Part shown: positions 27,806 to 37,695 of the stretch, in pieces | Layout: each line of letters starts with the position of its first letter | How positions within the stretch are numbered: the first letter of the stretch is position 1 | IMG/VR virus record: IMGVR_UViG_3300006789_000027 | Span: 1 to 57,831 of that record | Direction: 5' to 3' (one strand) | Length of the DNA: 57,831 bases | Source: a virus | Lineage: Duplodnaviria; Caudoviricetes | Made by a program: the position numbers and the translations under genes | The notes under the pieces: generated by a model | What the model saw: only the letters and a program-made list of their open reading frames with translations | Databases searched by the model: none | Told to the model about the DNA's origin: nothing

Positions 27806-28474
27806 ATGACTAACACACCAAAAAACTTTAGACAAAAGAAAACACCTTCACTTACAAAGGGAGGAAAATTACCAAATAGTTCTTTTTACCATACACTTTC
27901 CCAAACAATAGATTTATTGGGATGGAAAGATACTGGAAATGCCTATTTAGATGAATTCAAGAGCGACTCGTTAGAATTTTTTCAATGTCCAACAATAGGA
28001 AAAATTTCTATTCTAGATTCCAAGAAAACGAATTATACTCTTGCAGGAACTGAATTAGTAATTCCTACTGGATTTCTCTTAGACCTAACCTCACATCTTT
28101 ATGACATGATAGAGAAAGAGGACTCCACCGCTCAACCTAGCAGGCATTGTGAATATCGCAAAGTAATTTATAAGTTATTAGATATTATTTACTTTGTAAA
28201 AGAAAGTGCTTACGATGTGGTTTCCACTAAAGAACACAAAAAACTTACCCATAGATATTCTTATCGAAGGAATAGAAATGTAGACTTGGGAGCGTCTACT
28301 TTTCCAATGCTGTCAAGAAGATATGAAAATACTTCTTTTTACAATACGGCACAAGAATTATATTCTGAAGTTATGGATTTTTCTGATTGGAACCTTGATT
28401 TGAGTTTTCCTTTGAGGGGATTGCCTTTGAATGTCTTGAAAAGTGAAATTTTACAATACCGTATGTCGCAATGA
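27806..28474 (+). CDS. Hypothetical protein
   Basis: 222-aa ORF in operon. Confidence 0.65.
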   Translation: MTNTPKNFRQKKTPSLTKGGKLPNSSFYHTLSQTIDLLGWKDTGNAYLDEFKSDSLEFFQCPTIGKISILDSKKTNYTLAGTELVIPTGFLLDLTSHLYDMIEKEDSTAQPSRHCEYRKVIYKLLDIIYFVKESAYDVVSTKEHKKLTHRYSYRRNRNVDLGASTFPMLSRRYENTSFYNTAQELYSEVMDFSDWNLDLSFPLRGLPLNVLKSEILQYRMSQ

Positions 28475-28911
28475 AAATCTATCCTATAAGTAAACGCCTA
28501 CGAAATGTTTTTGGTAGACTGGCTTTTGAGTTAGATGAATCTTTAGAACTTGCAAAACATTTGGATGTCCCTAAAGGGGAATATGAATTGTTTGAGGATG
28601 ACATAAACATTCTAAAAGAATTTGTAACTTGTTTTGATTGGAATGGGGGTGTTTCTCAACGAGGAGAAATGCCCTCTTGTTGGAATAAAGATACTATCTT
28701 TGATAACTATGAGGAACATGAACAAAGATTCAATTTTCCTTATGAGCGTTCCCAATTAGAATTTGATTGGGATGCTAAGAAAACCGAAGAAATTAAATGC
28801 CCTCTCTGTAAAGGAAAGGGCGTTGAAGAAGAAAAAAATAAAGGTTACAGAAGGTATAAATGCCATTCTTGTAACGGTAACAAAAAAATTGAAATTGAGA
28901 TAGGAGAATAA
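28471..28911 (+). CDS. Hypothetical protein with DnaJ-type Zn motifs
   Basis: CPLCKGKG...CHSCNGNK. Confidence 0.65.
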   Translation: MKIYPISKRLRNVFGRLAFELDESLELAKHLDVPKGEYELFEDDINILKEFVTCFDWNGGVSQRGEMPSCWNKDTIFDNYEEHEQRFNFPYERSQLEFDWDAKKTEEIKCPLCKGKGVEEEKNKGYRRYKCHSCNGNKKIEIEIGE

Positions 28912-28913
28912 CG

Positions 28914-29501
28914 ATGCCAAACTGGTGTTCTAACATACTAACGATTGAAGGTTGTAAGGAAGAAGTAGATAATTTTGTTGAAACAGCAAAAGGATACGGA
29001 TATAAGCCTGAGAAGCAAAATACAAAAGATGGTTTCACGCCATTTGATTTTAACCAATTTATTCCTATGCCTCCAGAAGTAATTGAAAATGGTTACAATG
29101 GAGAAAAAGGAATGGAAGGTGTAGAATCTGGTTACTTGTGGGAAAATAATAATTGGGGCGTGAAATGGGGTGCTTGCGAAACTTGTATGTCCCGAAATGG
29201 AGATACCGAAGCAGTATATTCTTTTGATACAGCATGGAGTCCCCCAATCAAAATGATGGATGCTTTTATAGAGCAATACCCGTCTTTAACATTTACTTTA
29301 CAGTATGAAGAACTGGGAATGATGTTTGAGGGAACTTGTATCGCAACGAACGGAAGTGTTTCTGATGAGTGTAAAGAAATCACAGTAGAGTCTTTACATG
29401 AGCAAGGTTGGCACGATGACCCAGAAGATTATGGTGATGAATGTGAATTGTGCGAACAAGAACTAATTGCTAATAACATTGAGGAAGATTACAATGACTG
29501 A
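28914..29501 (+). CDS. DUF1281/YubB ferredoxin-like domain protein
   Basis: MPNWCSNIL, FDFN..IPMP, W...NWGVKW, FDTAWSPP, YEE.G. Confidence 0.75.
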   Translation: MPNWCSNILTIEGCKEEVDNFVETAKGYGYKPEKQNTKDGFTPFDFNQFIPMPPEVIENGYNGEKGMEGVESGYLWENNNWGVKWGACETCMSRNGDTEAVYSFDTAWSPPIKMMDAFIEQYPSLTFTLQYEELGMMFEGTCIATNGSVSDECKEITVESLHEQGWHDDPEDYGDECELCEQELIANNIEEDYND

Positions 29502-30063
29502 TAAACAATATGTAACGACAAATGACCAATTAAAGAAAATTGAGAAAAAGTATGGAAGGTTAATCTTTACTATTGCTCATAGAATTGGAGGAGATTCCGT
29601 AGTAAATTCGTTTGAGGATTCTGTCCAAGAACTTTATATTTCTTCTTTAGATGCCTGTGAAGCATATGAAAGAAAAACTGAAAAGTTATTTGACGAGTTC
29701 TTTGGAACAGATGAATTTGATAAGTATATCAAATCTGTTCTTTGGAATAAAAAGAATAATCAAGGAAAGCAAATCACAAAGAAACTTGGGATAAATCGAC
29801 ACGCAACTCTAAATGAAGAAATTTTAGAGCATGACCCTGCGTTAGAATATGAATTGTCTGATGTGAGTAGTATGTTGGCAGAAGTAGATGGGATTACAGA
29901 AGAGGGAGAGAGGCTAATTGAAATGATTGTTTCCGACCACAAACTCGTAAAGCCTAACGGAAGCCTAAACATTTCTAAAATCTCAAGAGATATGGGAATG
30001 ACCAAAAAGGATGTAACGCTTTTGGTTTCTCAACTTAAATCTATTTTGGTGGAGTATTACTAA
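29494..30063 (+). CDS. Phage sigma-70/ECF-like factor
   Basis: Region-2-like KYGRLIFTIAHR...EDSVQELYI...F..YI; C-terminal HTH-like ISKISRDMGMTKKDV. Confidence 0.55.
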   Translation: MTDKQYVTTNDQLKKIEKKYGRLIFTIAHRIGGDSVVNSFEDSVQELYISSLDACEAYERKTEKLFDEFFGTDEFDKYIKSVLWNKKNNQGKQITKKLGINRHATLNEEILEHDPALEYELSDVSSMLAEVDGITEEGERLIEMIVSDHKLVKPNGSLNISKISRDMGMTKKDVTLLVSQLKSILVEYY

Positions 30064-30919
30064 TGAGATACTTACTAAAAGAATTTGAATTTTGGTGTGA
30101 ACGATGGTTCAGCACATTTGCGTTTATCAGGACGATTGTATGCTTGGCATTTTTACTTTTGGCGGTGCTAAGATGAAAATTCCTCCTTATTGTAAAATGT
30201 GTAAAGGGTTTCAGATAATGGCATATTTTCCCAAGCAAAAGAGGTATTGGGGGGACGCATGGGTTCCTATAAACTCATCTTACGGCTACCCATACACTTA
30301 CAAAGGTTTTGCTATCAACAAAGCAAATCATATACTGACTTGGAATAGAAATGCGGATGCTTATATACAAATAATAGACTTACAAACTGGAGGTGTTGTT
30401 TGGGAATCAGAAAATATGAAAGAGGTAACACAATGAAAAAAGCAATACTAATGGGTGGGCTTGCAGGATTACTTGTAGCAAATGTTTTCGCTACGATAAA
30501 AACAAAAATGGTGGTAACTGAACTACAAAAACAAGTATTTCATATCGACACGCATAGGCAAGTAATGGAAAGGCATACTGGGGATAATGTTTATTGTGTT
30601 CTATGTTCAGAATACAATCAATGGAAACTGGTTCAACAAACCTCTTCTTCAAGCACATACCAAAATAACGAAGAAGAAATGATAATCATAAAACATCTAA
30701 AAAACTAAAGAAATGAAATCAAAATACAGAAGCCACGGAACATTCTCAAACGAGAGAAAAGCACAGAAGAAATTAGATTCTCTTATTGTCCTGCATGGAG
30801 AATATGCGGATGGGGATAAGGGTGAAATCCAAAGGTTTTTCATAAAGAAAAGAACTTGGATGGGAAAGGATAAATCCAGATACCAAGTATCGGAACTAAT
30901 AAGGAAAGGAAGTAAGTAA
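30063..30919 (+). CDS. Four small overlapping hypothetical genes (30063-30176, 30173-30436, 30433-30708, 30713-30919)
   Basis: Chain of TAATG/ATGA overlaps; first gene is a 37-aa hydrophobic peptide not in the ORF track. Confidence 0.55.
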
Positions 30920-31320
30920 TGATTGAGTGTAACGATTGTTTTACAGGATGTATATTTTGTGATACCACAGGCATAAAAACTGACCATCACATTATTGTAA
31001 AGGACGAATATCCAATAACAAAAGGACATTTGCTTGTCATACCTAAACGCCATTTGCTTCATCTTTCCCAATACAACACTCAAGAATGGAATGATTTATA
31101 TCATGCTATTAACGAAGCAAAACAGATGTGTTCTTTCGCTACCGACTTCAACATTGGAATAAACGATGGAATACGAGCAGGACAAACAATAGAGCATTTG
31201 CATTGGCATATAATCCCACGCACAGAAAATGATGGTGGAAAACCCTGTGGAGTTAGAAATGTTTTTTCTGATAAAGCAGATTACCGCAACAAACAAAAAA
31301 AGGAAGTAAGTAATGATTGA
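30919..31320 (+). CDS. HIT family hydrolase
   Basis: CIFC, YPITKGHLLVIPKRH, NDG..AGQTIEHLHWHIIPR. Confidence 0.9.
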   Translation: MIECNDCFTGCIFCDTTGIKTDHHIIVKDEYPITKGHLLVIPKRHLLHLSQYNTQEWNDLYHAINEAKQMCSFATDFNIGINDGIRAGQTIEHLHWHIIPRTENDGGKPCGVRNVFSDKADYRNKQKKEVSND

Positions 31321-32881
31321 ATACGACACAATGCCCCAAGAACTTCAAAAGTTTTACGAAAAAAAGGGAAAAGAAGAAGGAATAACAGGTGAGCAGTTTT
31401 ACATAAGAGAACAAAAATCCAAACACATTTTCATAAGAAATTTATTTGAGAGTAAAACTAGAGAGGAAATAAATATTCATCTTAGTGATGTTCACTCACA
31501 TCTTATGGATATTTCTGATTACTTAAACATTATCGACTCTCCCCACGCAAAAGAAGCATCAAAGATATCAGGTGATTTTCTTAATTTTATTTCCTGCTTT
31601 GCGATTTTGTGTGATGAATCCAAACGGGTTGGTTGGCATTGGGAAGAAGAAGATTTTTGCGGGAGGAAAATAAACAAATGAAACTAATAGGAATGATAAT
31701 GTTGGCAACAATGACCGTGCCAATCAAAACAGAAATTGAAACAGTTTCACACGGAGTATTCTATGTTGAAGCATGGGATTGCGAAGCAGGATTACTTGCA
31801 AAGGGAACTAAGGAAAAGAGGGTAATGTTCAATATGGAGCATATCCTATACGCAGAAGAAAAAGGAAAAACTACTGTTATTACCGTTGAAGATGGTAATG
31901 CTACTAGAGAGTTTCTAATCAAAATGAAGTTTGAGGATACCATGAAAGGTATTATCTCAACATATACTAAAAGTGGAGGGAAATAAATGAGAACCGAAGA
32001 AGAATTGAAATGGTATGAAGAAGAAATGAGAAGAGAAGAAGAAGCAGGGCTGAATATGTTATCCCTTGTAGCCCTAACTCTTCTAGTAACCACAATACTT
32101 TTGGCGAGAAAAATGATGCCAATTTCAGAACCAGAACCACAGAAACAAGAGACTGAAGTCTCTAGGCTTCAAGAAAGAAAGGGTGGAGGACAAGGTGAAC
32201 TTTACGAATGTAAACCTCAAGTAACTATCGTATCTAACTACGATATACATAAGCATCATCAAATGGTATTGAACATAGTATCAGAACCATTGATTTGTGG
32301 AGTGTGTAGAGAAAACCAAAATCATTTTTTTGGAGGAAACTAAATGAATTTCAGCGAAGAAGGAACAAGCCCACGATTGCTATCATATTTGAGAATAGCA
32401 TTCATACTAACAACACTAATAATAGCAGGAATGTTCATGTCCTGTTCAATACCAGAATGGTATTATGAAGAGCAGTTAATAGCACATCAGTATCATGTAG
32501 AACTAAGATACCAATACGAAGATTGTGATTTCTGCCAATACGGAAGAACCCAAAACTTTTACTAAAATGGAATACGCACTAATAACAATAGCAGTCTTGA
32601 TTCTAATAGTCCAAATAGCCCAACTATTCAGGTTGGCAAAGATGGAGAAAGACATCGAGATTCTGGAAGATTTCGCTGAGTTATCAGCGATGAAAATAGA
32701 GGAACTGAAAACTACTACGAGTAAGTTCGACACCCCATTTTAATTTTTCCCGCCGAGAACAATGAGTAATAAGTATAGAGACAATAGTAAGAATACTTGT
32801 AAAGAACTAGAAGATAATCCTAACAAGATAACACTTACAGAGATTCTATTTATCCTCATTTGTATCATTGTATTACTATAG
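31313..32881 (+). CDS. Six small hypothetical genes (31313-31681, 31678-31986, 31987-32343, 32344-32565, 32567-32743, 32762-32881), mostly with TM/signal segments
   Basis: Tightly packed ORFs, several with GGAGG upstream. Confidence 0.55.
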
Positions 32882-33117
32882 GATAATATACACATACACA
32901 CCAGTATTACCTATTATTACTTGTATGGAGTAAGGTAAGAATACAACTAAAAAAAGGAAAGATTAAATAGATTTATATGTAGATGTTGGTTACGGATTTA
33001 GAAGAGTATGTTATAATGGTTCAAGAAATGTATGATGTTTTGGTATGAATATCTTATTTTTTTTCCTATTTGTTGATATTTTGTGTTTTTTAATTTTCAA
33101 CTATAGTTCATCTAAAA

Positions 33118-33192
33118 AATTAAATACGAAGAATATCGTAATAAACCGAATTAAATACGAAGAAATACCACTCTTTTCGAATTAAATACGAA
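33118..33192. repeat. Three AATTAAATACGAA direct repeats with exact 31-bp period
   Basis: Copies start at 33118, 33149, 33180 in an AT-rich non-coding gap. Confidence 0.8.
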
Positions 33193-33400
33193 CATAATCG
33201 TATATTTTGATTTTTTGTTTCCAAAAAAGTCAAAGCCCTTAATAGCAAAAACCCCCTTTAACAGAAAAGTCAAAGGGGGTTTCTACCATATATGGTATGG
33301 GTAGTAAATATTTTCCGAGGTTCATAAAGTATCACACACAACATATGGTATATGTATATTAAAATTTTTTCGTGCGGATAGTAAAAAGTCAAAGGAGGAC

Positions 33401-33477
33401 TGGCACACCCGATAGGATTCGAACCTATACTCTACAGATTAGAAGTCTGTTGCTTTATCCAATTAAGCCACGGGTGC
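33401..33477 (-). tRNA. tRNA-Arg(UCU) with encoded CCA
   Basis: Reverse complement GCACCCGTGGCTTAATTGGATAAAGCAACAGACTTCTAATCTGTAGAGTATAGGTTCGAATCCTATCGGGTGTGCCA folds as a cloverleaf; anticodon TCT; GTTCGAATC T-loop. Confidence 0.95.
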
Positions 33478-33852
33478 TTATTCCAGCCAAAAAAAATTTA
33501 ATTCTTATGGTAATACAGTAGAGAAGATACCCCATAGTAAAAAAGTCAAATGGGGAATAGGTAAAAGAAAAATGCCATGAGAAATCCAATTTAATTTTTA
33601 GATTTCCCACGGCTATCACCTTTATTTAATTTTCTCCTAAAAAGAACAAATGCCAAGAGGGGTTCCCCCTCCTTGGCGATAAGCATTATACCATATTTGT
33701 AAGCCCTTGTCAATAAAGAACTTACATTTGTTGTAAAGTATTTTTGATTTTTGGCACTTATTTTGGTATTATTTTTTGATTGTAACTGCTTATGTGGCAG
33801 GGATTTAAGTCAAATCCGGGCCGAGAACCTGCCATTTTGGCAAGAAGGGAGC

Positions 33853-34080
33853 CTAAGCCCCCTCCTCGATGTAGTGTGGTGTAATGTTATCCCATCTTTC
33901 CCGTCGCAAGGAATATCCGTCATCTTTCAATGACCATTCCCCCTTACAATGAATACAGGATATCGTTACAGGTTTGCGTTCTGAAAGAAAGAAACTTCCG
34001 CATACTTGGCACTCAGGACATTTCCGAGAGCCGAGAGATAGACCCTCAAGGAGCCTATCCCTCTTTTCCCTATATGCCAC
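33853..34080 (-). CDS. Early zinc-ribbon protein
   Basis: CPECQVCG...CIHC; start abuts the upstream stop. Confidence 0.6.
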   Translation of the reverse strand: MAYREKRDRLLEGLSLGSRKCPECQVCGSFFLSERKPVTISCIHCKGEWSLKDDGYSLRRERWDNITPHYIEEGA

Positions 34081-34454
34081 TATTGAAGTTCCCCCAAGTC
34101 CATATTTGCCACCATAGAATCGACATCCAATTCTGCGATGACCTCTTGCTTGCGTTCCGAGATATCATCCAAGTTAGACTTCATTTCCTCTTGGATACGC
34201 TCTGCGTTCTCAAGATTATGTTCAGCCTCTACGACTTGGCTCTTAAGCCGAGCAATACGGACAGAAAGACCTTTTTCTGGGTCAAGCCACTTCATAGCCT
34301 TTGCCAATTCGACCTTAGCCGTCTTTTCTTCCGAGAGAATTTCTACCATGCGAGGGTCATCTGCGATTTGCTTTTGAGCGACCTTAACCTTCAAGGCGTT
34401 TACCTTTTCAAGTGCTTCGGAGAGTAACTGTTGGGGAGTTCTGTGTTTAGCCAT
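34080..34454 (-). CDS. Early coiled-coil protein
   Basis: 124 aa, downstream of the promoter at 34513-34540. Confidence 0.7.
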   Translation of the reverse strand: MAKHRTPQQLLSEALEKVNALKVKVAQKQIADDPRMVEILSEEKTAKVELAKAMKWLDPEKGLSVRIARLKSQVVEAEHNLENAERIQEEMKSNLDDISERKQEVIAELDVDSMVANMDLGELQ

Positions 34455-34923
34455 TTTCTTTACCTATTACGAGTTTAGGAGAATGAGGGTGGTGTCCCTC
34501 TGTGATGACCCTATTATACCATCTTTCTGGCTCAGGTCAAGTAAAAAAGTCAAAAAGCGTGAAAATTCTCTAAAAAACTTTGGGAGGGGGGGAGATTAAA
34601 GAGATGCCCCTAGTATAACATATTTCCGAGCCATGTCAAGCAAAAAAGTCAAACCTCTTTAGAAAATCCACCAGCCCCAAAATAGCATTAATCCGGATCC
34701 GCAGCTGGCTCCCTGGTAAAAAAATCCGGTGGCTGCCAAAACGGCAGACCCTGGGCCCGTGGAAAAAGTCAAAGAGTAAAATGGGGGGAGTTTGGAATAG
34801 CGAACCTATTAAGAATCTTTGCATCGATTCAGTTCTACACAGTTGGAACAACCGTGCCAAACTCCTCCCCAAGTGCTTTGAAAGAGAGGCTAGACATAAG
34901 CCTAGCCCCCCCATATTCATTAG

Positions 34924-35103
34924 TTATGCATAATGCCCACAACTCCGCAGATTGCGATTAACATACGAGCGAGCGTTGTTCTTTGAGTTAAATCGCAGGG
35001 TATGGGTTTTTCCTTTGGAAACATAACTCACCGTATGAGCGGTCATGTTATTAGGAACCTTGCGAATGTGAATTTGGCGAGCAGGTGTTTTCGTGTTATT
35101 CAT
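34924..35103 (-). CDS. 59-aa basic early protein (not in ORF track)
   Basis: MNNTKTPARQIHIRKVP...NLRSCGHYA; ATG lies 6 nt after TATAAT. Confidence 0.65.
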   Translation of the reverse strand: MNNTKTPARQIHIRKVPNNMTAHTVSYVSKGKTHTLRFNSKNNARSYVNRNLRSCGHYA

Positions 35104-35248
35104 GAAAGTATTATACCATATCCTATGCCCAAGTCAAGAGAATATCTTATAAAATCAAGAAAATCCCAAAAAACAAATGTTCCGGGATCTGCCAAAATGG
35201 CAGACCCTGGGCCCGTCAAAAGTGGTGATTAGACCCCCTGGGCTTGCT

Positions 35249-35863
35249 TTAATGGGCAATATAGGCTATGGTATGAACTTTTTTAGACCAACACGCCCGA
35301 CAATCCTTACATTTTCCTTTCCGAGCAAAGGCACGGCATAAGGAATAACCCTTGGAAGGGATAAAATTATCTTCGGATTGTATGATTGTGCTAGTATGAG
35401 AACCCGATACCTTTCCACCAATAACGCTATCGCTAGAATATCGCACCACTACATTTTCTGGCATTTTCTCTAATACCGCTTGGATATTAGGAATTTTATA
35501 AGTGCGGGTAGGAATCCAGTGTTTCGTATTAGGCGTAGCCTTACAAACCCTTACAATTTTCTCCGCTAGAATTTCATTCTCAATATCCCCAGAATCAAAC
35601 CACCGAAAGAATTTTCCCTTTCCAATTGCTTTCACCATAGCATCAACCCAACCGCTACGCTTCCAATCTTCCATATTGTATTCCCGTAAGTCTTTTACAG
35701 CCCCAAACTTATAGCGTCCCTTAGTAGCGTAGCAACCTTGGCAAGCATCGACTAGGGTAACGCCATCGGACTTAAAAGCCCCTTGGCAAGTGGTAACTGC
35801 TGGAAGCGACCAAGATTTACAGGGCATTTTAGAGGCATTAGAGAGTTTGGGGCTTGCTTTCAT
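35249..35863 (-). CDS. Phage Gp88-like (Cys-rich, radical-SAM-like) protein
   Basis: SKMP..SWSLPA..TC, CQGCYA, FRWFDSGD, HWIPTR, C..CRACW. Confidence 0.75.
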   Translation of the reverse strand: MKASPKLSNASKMPCKSWSLPAVTTCQGAFKSDGVTLVDACQGCYATKGRYKFGAVKDLREYNMEDWKRSGWVDAMVKAIGKGKFFRWFDSGDIENEILAEKIVRVCKATPNTKHWIPTRTYKIPNIQAVLEKMPENVVVRYSSDSVIGGKVSGSHTSTIIQSEDNFIPSKGYSLCRAFARKGKCKDCRACWSKKVHTIAYIAH

Positions 35864-36009
35864 GAAAGTATTTTACCATATCCACAGGCTCAGGTCAAGA
35901 ACTATTTTGAGGAATTTACCGGGCTCAAGAAAGTATCTGCCAGCCAGGCTGCCAAAATGGCAGACCCTTGGCCCGAGGAAGGGAGCCGAAGCCCCCCTCC
36001 CCTAAATTC

Positions 36010-36216
36010 CTACCATTCCTCTATTTCGTGGCACTCCATTTCAGCCTGAGATTGAGCATCAGCCCAAGCCTCAAAAGTTTCCTCGCCAGAGTCGCAATCG
36101 CAAAAAGTGGTGGATTGGACATCAGAGCCCATTTCAAGAATTCCATCATCGCCACAATTAGAACACACAGGGATATCGTGAATTTCCCCGAGAAGGTCGT
36201 TGGTATCGTATTTCAT
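36010..36216 (-). CDS. Acidic early protein with CxxC/CxC
   Basis: CSNC...FCDC; leaderless-type start. Confidence 0.65.
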   Translation of the reverse strand: MKYDTNDLLGEIHDIPVCSNCGDDGILEMGSDVQSTTFCDCDSGEETFEAWADAQSQAEMECHEIEEW

Positions 36217-36431
36217 ATTGGCATTATACAGTATTCTGAGCCAAAATCAAGTAAAATAAGCAGAAAATCTCAAAAAACAAATATTCCGGGCAGCATGCTA
36301 AAACGGCAGCGCCCTGGGCCCGCAAAAATGAAAAAACCCCACTCCGTCCAGAGCGTTTACATGCATGGGAGGAGTGAGGTAGGGGGATTATTTGGTAGGC
36401 TATCCCCCTTGTAGCCCTATGAAACATACCC

Positions 36432-36662
36432 CTAGAATCCTTGAGTTGCCCAGTAAGGCTTCTTGGATGAGCGATAGTTATTTCCTTCGTGGTTATTGTC
36501 GTGGATAGACAAAACCTTGGGAAGCCTACGCCGTAGAGCAACATAGATTTCTAGTTTTTTCAAGGTTATCCATCTTTGGTTGTCCCTTGATTCTGCGGAG
36601 TTCCAAGATTTCGCAAAAGAGCGACCTGCAAGGATTGAGAGGTAGTTGATGATGTATTTCAT
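36432..36662 (-). CDS. Early hypothetical protein
   Basis: ATG lies 6 nt after TATAAT. Confidence 0.65.
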   Translation of the reverse strand: MKYIINYLSILAGRSFAKSWNSAESRDNQRWITLKKLEIYVALRRRLPKVLSIHDNNHEGNNYRSSKKPYWATQGF

Positions 36663-36704
36663 GAGAGTATTATAACAGATTTGAGAGGTTCTGTCAAGCC
36701 TTTT

Positions 36705-36899
36705 CTAGGAATTCTTTATCAAAATGTCCTGAATCCAATTAACAAACCGTCCACTATCAAAAGCAGGGTTTGAGCGTTCGCACATATCACAAAAGGACAA
36801 TATGATAGAATCCGTTTGGTCTCTGTCAGCATTAATATTGACGATGATTTCAGCACAGGTGTCAGCCAATGCTTGGAAGTGTTGGCGGGTCATTTTCAT
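36705..36899 (-). CDS. Early hypothetical protein
   Basis: MKMTRQHFQALA...NPAFDSGRF; start corrected to the ATG 7 nt after TATAAT. Confidence 0.7.
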   Translation of the reverse strand: MKMTRQHFQALADTCAEIIVNINADRDQTDSIILSFCDMCERSNPAFDSGRFVNWIQDILIKNS

Positions 36900-36953
36900 G
36901 TGTTCTATTATACAGTAGCGAAAGGGTGCTGTCAAGGAAAATCTAGGAAATCT

Positions 36954-37157
36954 TTAGTAGTTTACAGACTCGCAAGCCAATTTGTAGACCAAACTGCGAC
37001 CCAGTTCCGAATCGGTGAAATCTTCAAGTTCTTGGTCAGTAAGAGGAGTGCCATCCTCACGTTCGCCATAGCAGGCGAAAGCATCGCAGAAATCGAAAGC
37101 GTCTTCCATATCGACACCATCGACACGGATTGAATTTAGGTTGATTAGGTTTTTCAT
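36954..37157 (-). CDS. Acidic early protein (paralog A)
   Basis: DAFDFCDAF...DGTPLTDQELEDFTDS; start corrected to lie behind the promoter. Confidence 0.7.
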   Translation of the reverse strand: MKNLINLNSIRVDGVDMEDAFDFCDAFACYGEREDGTPLTDQELEDFTDSELGRSLVYKLACESVNY

Positions 37158-37309
37158 TATGTAATCATTATACCATCGCGGGAGTGAGTTGTCAAGTAAA
37201 AAATCAGAGAAATTTCGGGCCGAATATCTGCCAATTTGGCAGGAAACGGGACTTGAAGCACTACAAAGTAGCCTAGACTTATACAAGCCCCTATGAAAAT
37301 ATACCCTTC

Positions 37310-37681
37310 CTAGTCCATCTCGAACATCTCATCCAAGTCCGAGGAGGTTAGCGTCCCGTGTAAATCCTTGATAGTTCTTTGAAAAGCATTGTAGTATCTC
37401 ACGGGAATGTTGATTATTTTCATAATATCGTCAAGCGTTTCACCTTTCTGTTCCATTATAGCAAACAGCGTGTTAATTGTAAACACATCTGCCACTTGCC
37501 GAGGGGACAAAGCCTCGAAATCAAAATCTGCTTCCATGTTGAAAAAGTGCTTCATTATGGATTCTTTCACTTCCTGAGAAGTATGGGCAATGGCTTTGAT
37601 TACAGAGGTTTCGGCTATGGTGAGGTTGCCTACTGAGGTAAAGGAGGACAAATCGAAAGTAAAGGTTTCAGAGTCGTTCAT
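37310..37681 (-). CDS. Early hypothetical protein
   Basis: ATG 37681 lies 6 nt after TATAAT; promoter is inside the 3' end of the upstream gene. Confidence 0.65.
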   Translation of the reverse strand: MNDSETFTFDLSSFTSVGNLTIAETSVIKAIAHTSQEVKESIMKHFFNMEADFDFEALSPRQVADVFTINTLFAIMEQKGETLDDIMKIINIPVRYYNAFQRTIKDLHGTLTSSDLDEMFEMD

Positions 37682-37695
37682 GCTCATATTATACC

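Larger units (their letters stand above)
33223..34773. repeat. Cluster 2 of AAAA(AA)GTCAAA motif (7 copies)
   Basis: Copies at 33223, 33265, 33383, 33539, 34543, 34642, 34763; same orientation as cluster 1. Confidence 0.85.
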
